Shown: positions 61,586 through 64,000 of the stretch, one piece after another | How positions within the stretch are numbered: position 1 is the first letter of the stretch | Layout: each line of letters begins with the position of its first letter | Assembly: GCA_047284725.1 (NCBI GenBank) | Contig: JBJBEO010000001.1 | Span: 1,272,203 to 1,336,202, forward strand | From: Synechococcus sp. | Lineage (GTDB): Bacteria > Cyanobacteriota > Cyanobacteriia > PCC-6307 > Cyanobiaceae | Reading direction: 5' to 3' | Length of the DNA: 64,000 bases | Program-made: the position numbers and the translations under genes | The notes under the pieces: generated by a model | What the model saw: only the letters and a program-made list of their open reading frames with translations | What the model was told of the DNA's origin: nothing | The model's database searches: none

Positions 61586-61957
61586 TTACATCTCGAGCAT
61601 TTGACGCCAGAGCGTCCTGGCCCTGCCAGGGCAGCTGGCGAAGGCGTCTGCAAACAGATTCTCAAAAAATGCGAGTCCGATCGCTTTGTTGTTGAGGTCG
61701 ATTTGATCAATCGCCGAGGTATCAAGATCCTCGGCCACCAACGTGCTCATCATTCCCTTCTCAATCGCACTCTGCAGATCACTGCCAGCGCAATATTGGG
61801 CGGCTGAACTGGAGCCCATCGCTGCTGCAATGGTCTGGCGTTGCGAGTCATTCAGCGTTGATGCCGATGCAACAGGTCGCAGAGGCAACAGAGCAACGAT
61901 CACGGCGGCCAAGCCCACAGGCAACCACGTCTTCAAAGCCAAAACATCCAGCCACAC
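61586..61957 (-). CDS. Hypothetical secreted protein
   Basis: Signal peptide and two Cys. Confidence 0.65.
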   Translation of the reverse strand: MWLDVLALKTWLPVGLAAVIVALLPLRPVASASTLNDSQRQTIAAAMGSSSAAQYCAGSDLQSAIEKGMMSTLVAEDLDTSAIDQIDLNNKAIGLAFFENLFADAFASCPGRARTLWRQMLEM

Positions 61958-61967
61958 AGCACTCCTG

Positions 61968-62426
61968 TCATAGCGGCGATTGCGCAGAGGGCCTCAACAA
62001 CGCTCTCAGTCGGCGACTCAGCGCTTCAAGAGGTGCAGCATCCATCGGCGGAGCACAACGCCGACCGCTGCCGGCATCCATCCAAACGGGATGCTGGCCT
62101 TGCCAAAGGAGAGGTCTCTCAGGCTGATGACACCAGGAAAGCATCAGGTTCACATCCGTGCCGCTGCGATAGATCTCCAGCTCAAGATCATCGTCAGCAC
62201 AACGGGCACCGCCAGGGTCACGGCATTCCAGCTTCAAGATCAAATCGTCACCGCGGTGAAAGGCCTCCACCAGCTCTGGCATGGGGTCTCCGTGCGCCGA
62301 ATCGGACGACCTAGCGATCACGGCATGGCGCAATGGCTTGCGGCAGACATCAGCTGCAGAGGCAATCAAGCCCGCCAGATCGACAACCTGATCGTCGCCG
62401 TCATCGATTCCTGCAAAAAGCATCAA
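61968..62426 (-). CDS. Conserved hypothetical protein
   Basis: AAD.C.KPLRHAV, LELEIYRSG, P.LWQGQHPVWMD. Confidence 0.75.
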   Translation of the reverse strand: MMLFAGIDDGDDQVVDLAGLIASAADVCRKPLRHAVIARSSDSAHGDPMPELVEAFHRGDDLILKLECRDPGGARCADDDLELEIYRSGTDVNLMLSWCHQPERPLLWQGQHPVWMDAGSGRRCAPPMDAAPLEALSRRLRALLRPSAQSPL

Positions 62427-63008
62427 TCAGAACGCTTCGATCGAACGCAGCAAAAGCCTGAACGAACCAGCACGAAATCCTTGATTGGCGTTTCCCCCCT
62501 CATCGAAGCGCGAATGCAGCACTTGCAGCCGGTTAATTGCAGAGCCATCAAACCGCATGGGCAGAGCCACCGGTCTGGCACGGATCACCGGTTTGAGATC
62601 CGCAAACAACACCTCCACTCTGGTGACGCCGTTCGGCTGGGTCGCCATCGGAGCAACCCAGCGGAGACCCCCTGGAATCAATTCCGTCAGGCCAAAAACC
62701 CCGTCACTGCAAGCCAGAGCCAACTTGAACGTTCGCCCCTCGCCATCGAGATGGAGTCGAAGACCTTGAAACGAGCTCAGATCAAGAGGGGGGCGATAGA
62801 TCGATGACCGGCAACTGACGAAACCACCGCCCTGTTCCACCACCTCCCCCTCCAGCCAAAGGCCCTCTTGAGACAGACGTGTTCCGGCACGACTCGACCC
62901 TCCCATGATCGTGTCGTTGAGACTTCCCCAGCCCTGGAATCCTTCACCTTCAATCAGCCATTGGGGACGTGACGTTTCAGGAGAACCCTCCACAGCTCTC
63001 TCCACCAT
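62427..63008 (-). CDS. CIA30 (NDUFAF1-like) family protein
   Basis: W.SLNDTIMGGSS, GGGFVSCRS, GEGRTFK, G.F.L. Confidence 0.9.
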   Translation of the reverse strand: MVERAVEGSPETSRPQWLIEGEGFQGWGSLNDTIMGGSSRAGTRLSQEGLWLEGEVVEQGGGFVSCRSSIYRPPLDLSSFQGLRLHLDGEGRTFKLALACSDGVFGLTELIPGGLRWVAPMATQPNGVTRVEVLFADLKPVIRARPVALPMRFDGSAINRLQVLHSRFDEGGNANQGFRAGSFRLLLRSIEAF

Positions 63009-63727
63009 CAGAGGCCCGCATAAGCGGCTTCGTCGGTGAGCACCACAATCTCCGTGGATGGCTGTACAAGTCGAGCAGGGGTTCGCTTCTCAGACTCCTG
63101 GGGGTCGAGAAGACGACGAAGCGCATCGCGCTTGCTCTCACCACAGATCAAAAACACCACCTTCCGGGCAGCCGAGAGCACAGGTGCGGTCAGCGTGATG
63201 CGATCAAGCCCTTTGCCTCGACCAATGGTTGTCCAGCGATCCTTCACCTGAGGGGCATCGGTTCCTGGAAACAGCGATGCGGTGTGGCCATCATCGCCAA
63301 GCCCGAGCACCATCAGATCAAACACAGGCGGCTTGCCCGGACACAGCCGACAGACCAGCGATTCGAAGGCATCAGCACTGGCCTCGGGGCTCCCAACCTC
63401 AACGGTCGGCGCAGGGTGAAAACAGGCATGGGCACCTGGCGTCCCTGGCGCCAGCAATGTGGACCGCAACAGACGCGCATTGCTGGCCTCATCATCGGCA
63501 GAGACCCATCGCTCGTCGCCCAGCACAACATCAACGCGATCCCAGGGAAGGTGCTGTTGCGCAAGCAGGCTGTAAGCGCGTCCAGGGGTCGAACCACCCG
63601 AGAGCGCGATCTGAGCTCGATCACGCTGATCCAGGGCCAGGTCAATCGCCGTCGCCATTGTTTCGGCAGCACGACGGGCAAAATCGGCAGGATCAGAGGC
63701 ACACTCAAGTTTGTAAGTAGAGCTCAT
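63008..63727 (-). CDS. pgl: 6-phosphogluconolactonase
   Basis: LSGGSTP, GDERWV, LGLGDDGHTASLFP, RITLT. Confidence 0.96.
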   Translation of the reverse strand: MSSTYKLECASDPADFARRAAETMATAIDLALDQRDRAQIALSGGSTPGRAYSLLAQQHLPWDRVDVVLGDERWVSADDEASNARLLRSTLLAPGTPGAHACFHPAPTVEVGSPEASADAFESLVCRLCPGKPPVFDLMVLGLGDDGHTASLFPGTDAPQVKDRWTTIGRGKGLDRITLTAPVLSAARKVVFLICGESKRDALRRLLDPQESEKRTPARLVQPSTEIVVLTDEAAYAGL

Positions 63728-63735
63728 CGGTCACC

Positions 63736-64000
63736 TCAGTCGAGCCACTCGGTGTGGAAGGAGCCCTCCCGATCGATGCGCTCATAGGTATGGGAACCGA
63801 AACAGTCACGCATGGCCTGAACGAGGTTCTGTGGAAGACGAGCCGTGCGGTAGCTGTTGATGTAATCGAGGGTGCTGCTGAGACAAGGGACGGGGATTCC
63901 AGCTTCAGCGGCACCAGCCACCACCTTGGCCAAACCGGGCAATCGACGGTTGACCTGCTCTGCGAACCAGGGATCAATCAGCAGATTGGGGAGTTGTGGA
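63736..64000 (-). CDS. gnd: 6-phosphogluconate dehydrogenase, decarboxylating (C-terminal part, truncated by window end)
   Basis: RLPQNLVQAMRDCFGSHTYERID...FHTEW. Confidence 0.95.
   Translation of the reverse strand, partial: PQLPNLLIDPWFAEQVNRRLPGLAKVVAGAAEAGIPVPCLSSTLDYINSYRTARLPQNLVQAMRDCFGSHTYERIDREGSFHTEWLD

Overview
Chromosomal window of a GC-rich marine picocyanobacterium, most likely Synechococcus. This is inferred from psb29, petN, the proteobacterial-type prkB, class II fba, and a 6S RNA directly downstream of purK. It is mostly core genome: the ftsH2/clpP/psb29/clpS proteostasis cluster, purK, aroB, nadA, hisA, fur, ruvX, proB, lpxD, leuB, prkB, pilD, accD, fba, purQS, cobW, upp, ilvD, pgl and gnd. 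It also carries a ligase-associated DNA-repair system (MBL exonuclease, ATP-dependent ligase, Lhr-core helicase); the fourth gene, pdeM, is displaced about 7 kb by a small AT-richer islet and several small genes. No CRISPR array, tRNA, rRNA, integrase or transposase was seen. The most notable observations are: an acetolactate-decarboxylase-fold protein fused to a CARDB domain next to a Tat-exported LD-carboxypeptidase; a PCC(DUF296)-glutaredoxin fusion; a candidate structured RNA leader with direct repeats upstream of a GH104 lysozyme; a candidate ncRNA locus at about 26.6-26.9 kb; three small ORFs below the ORF-track cutoff (petN, a 50-aa and a 26-aa membrane peptide); and several degenerate enzyme homologues (UPRT, phosphodiester glycosidase, Fur). 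All calls come from motif recognition by eye; no database searches were run.
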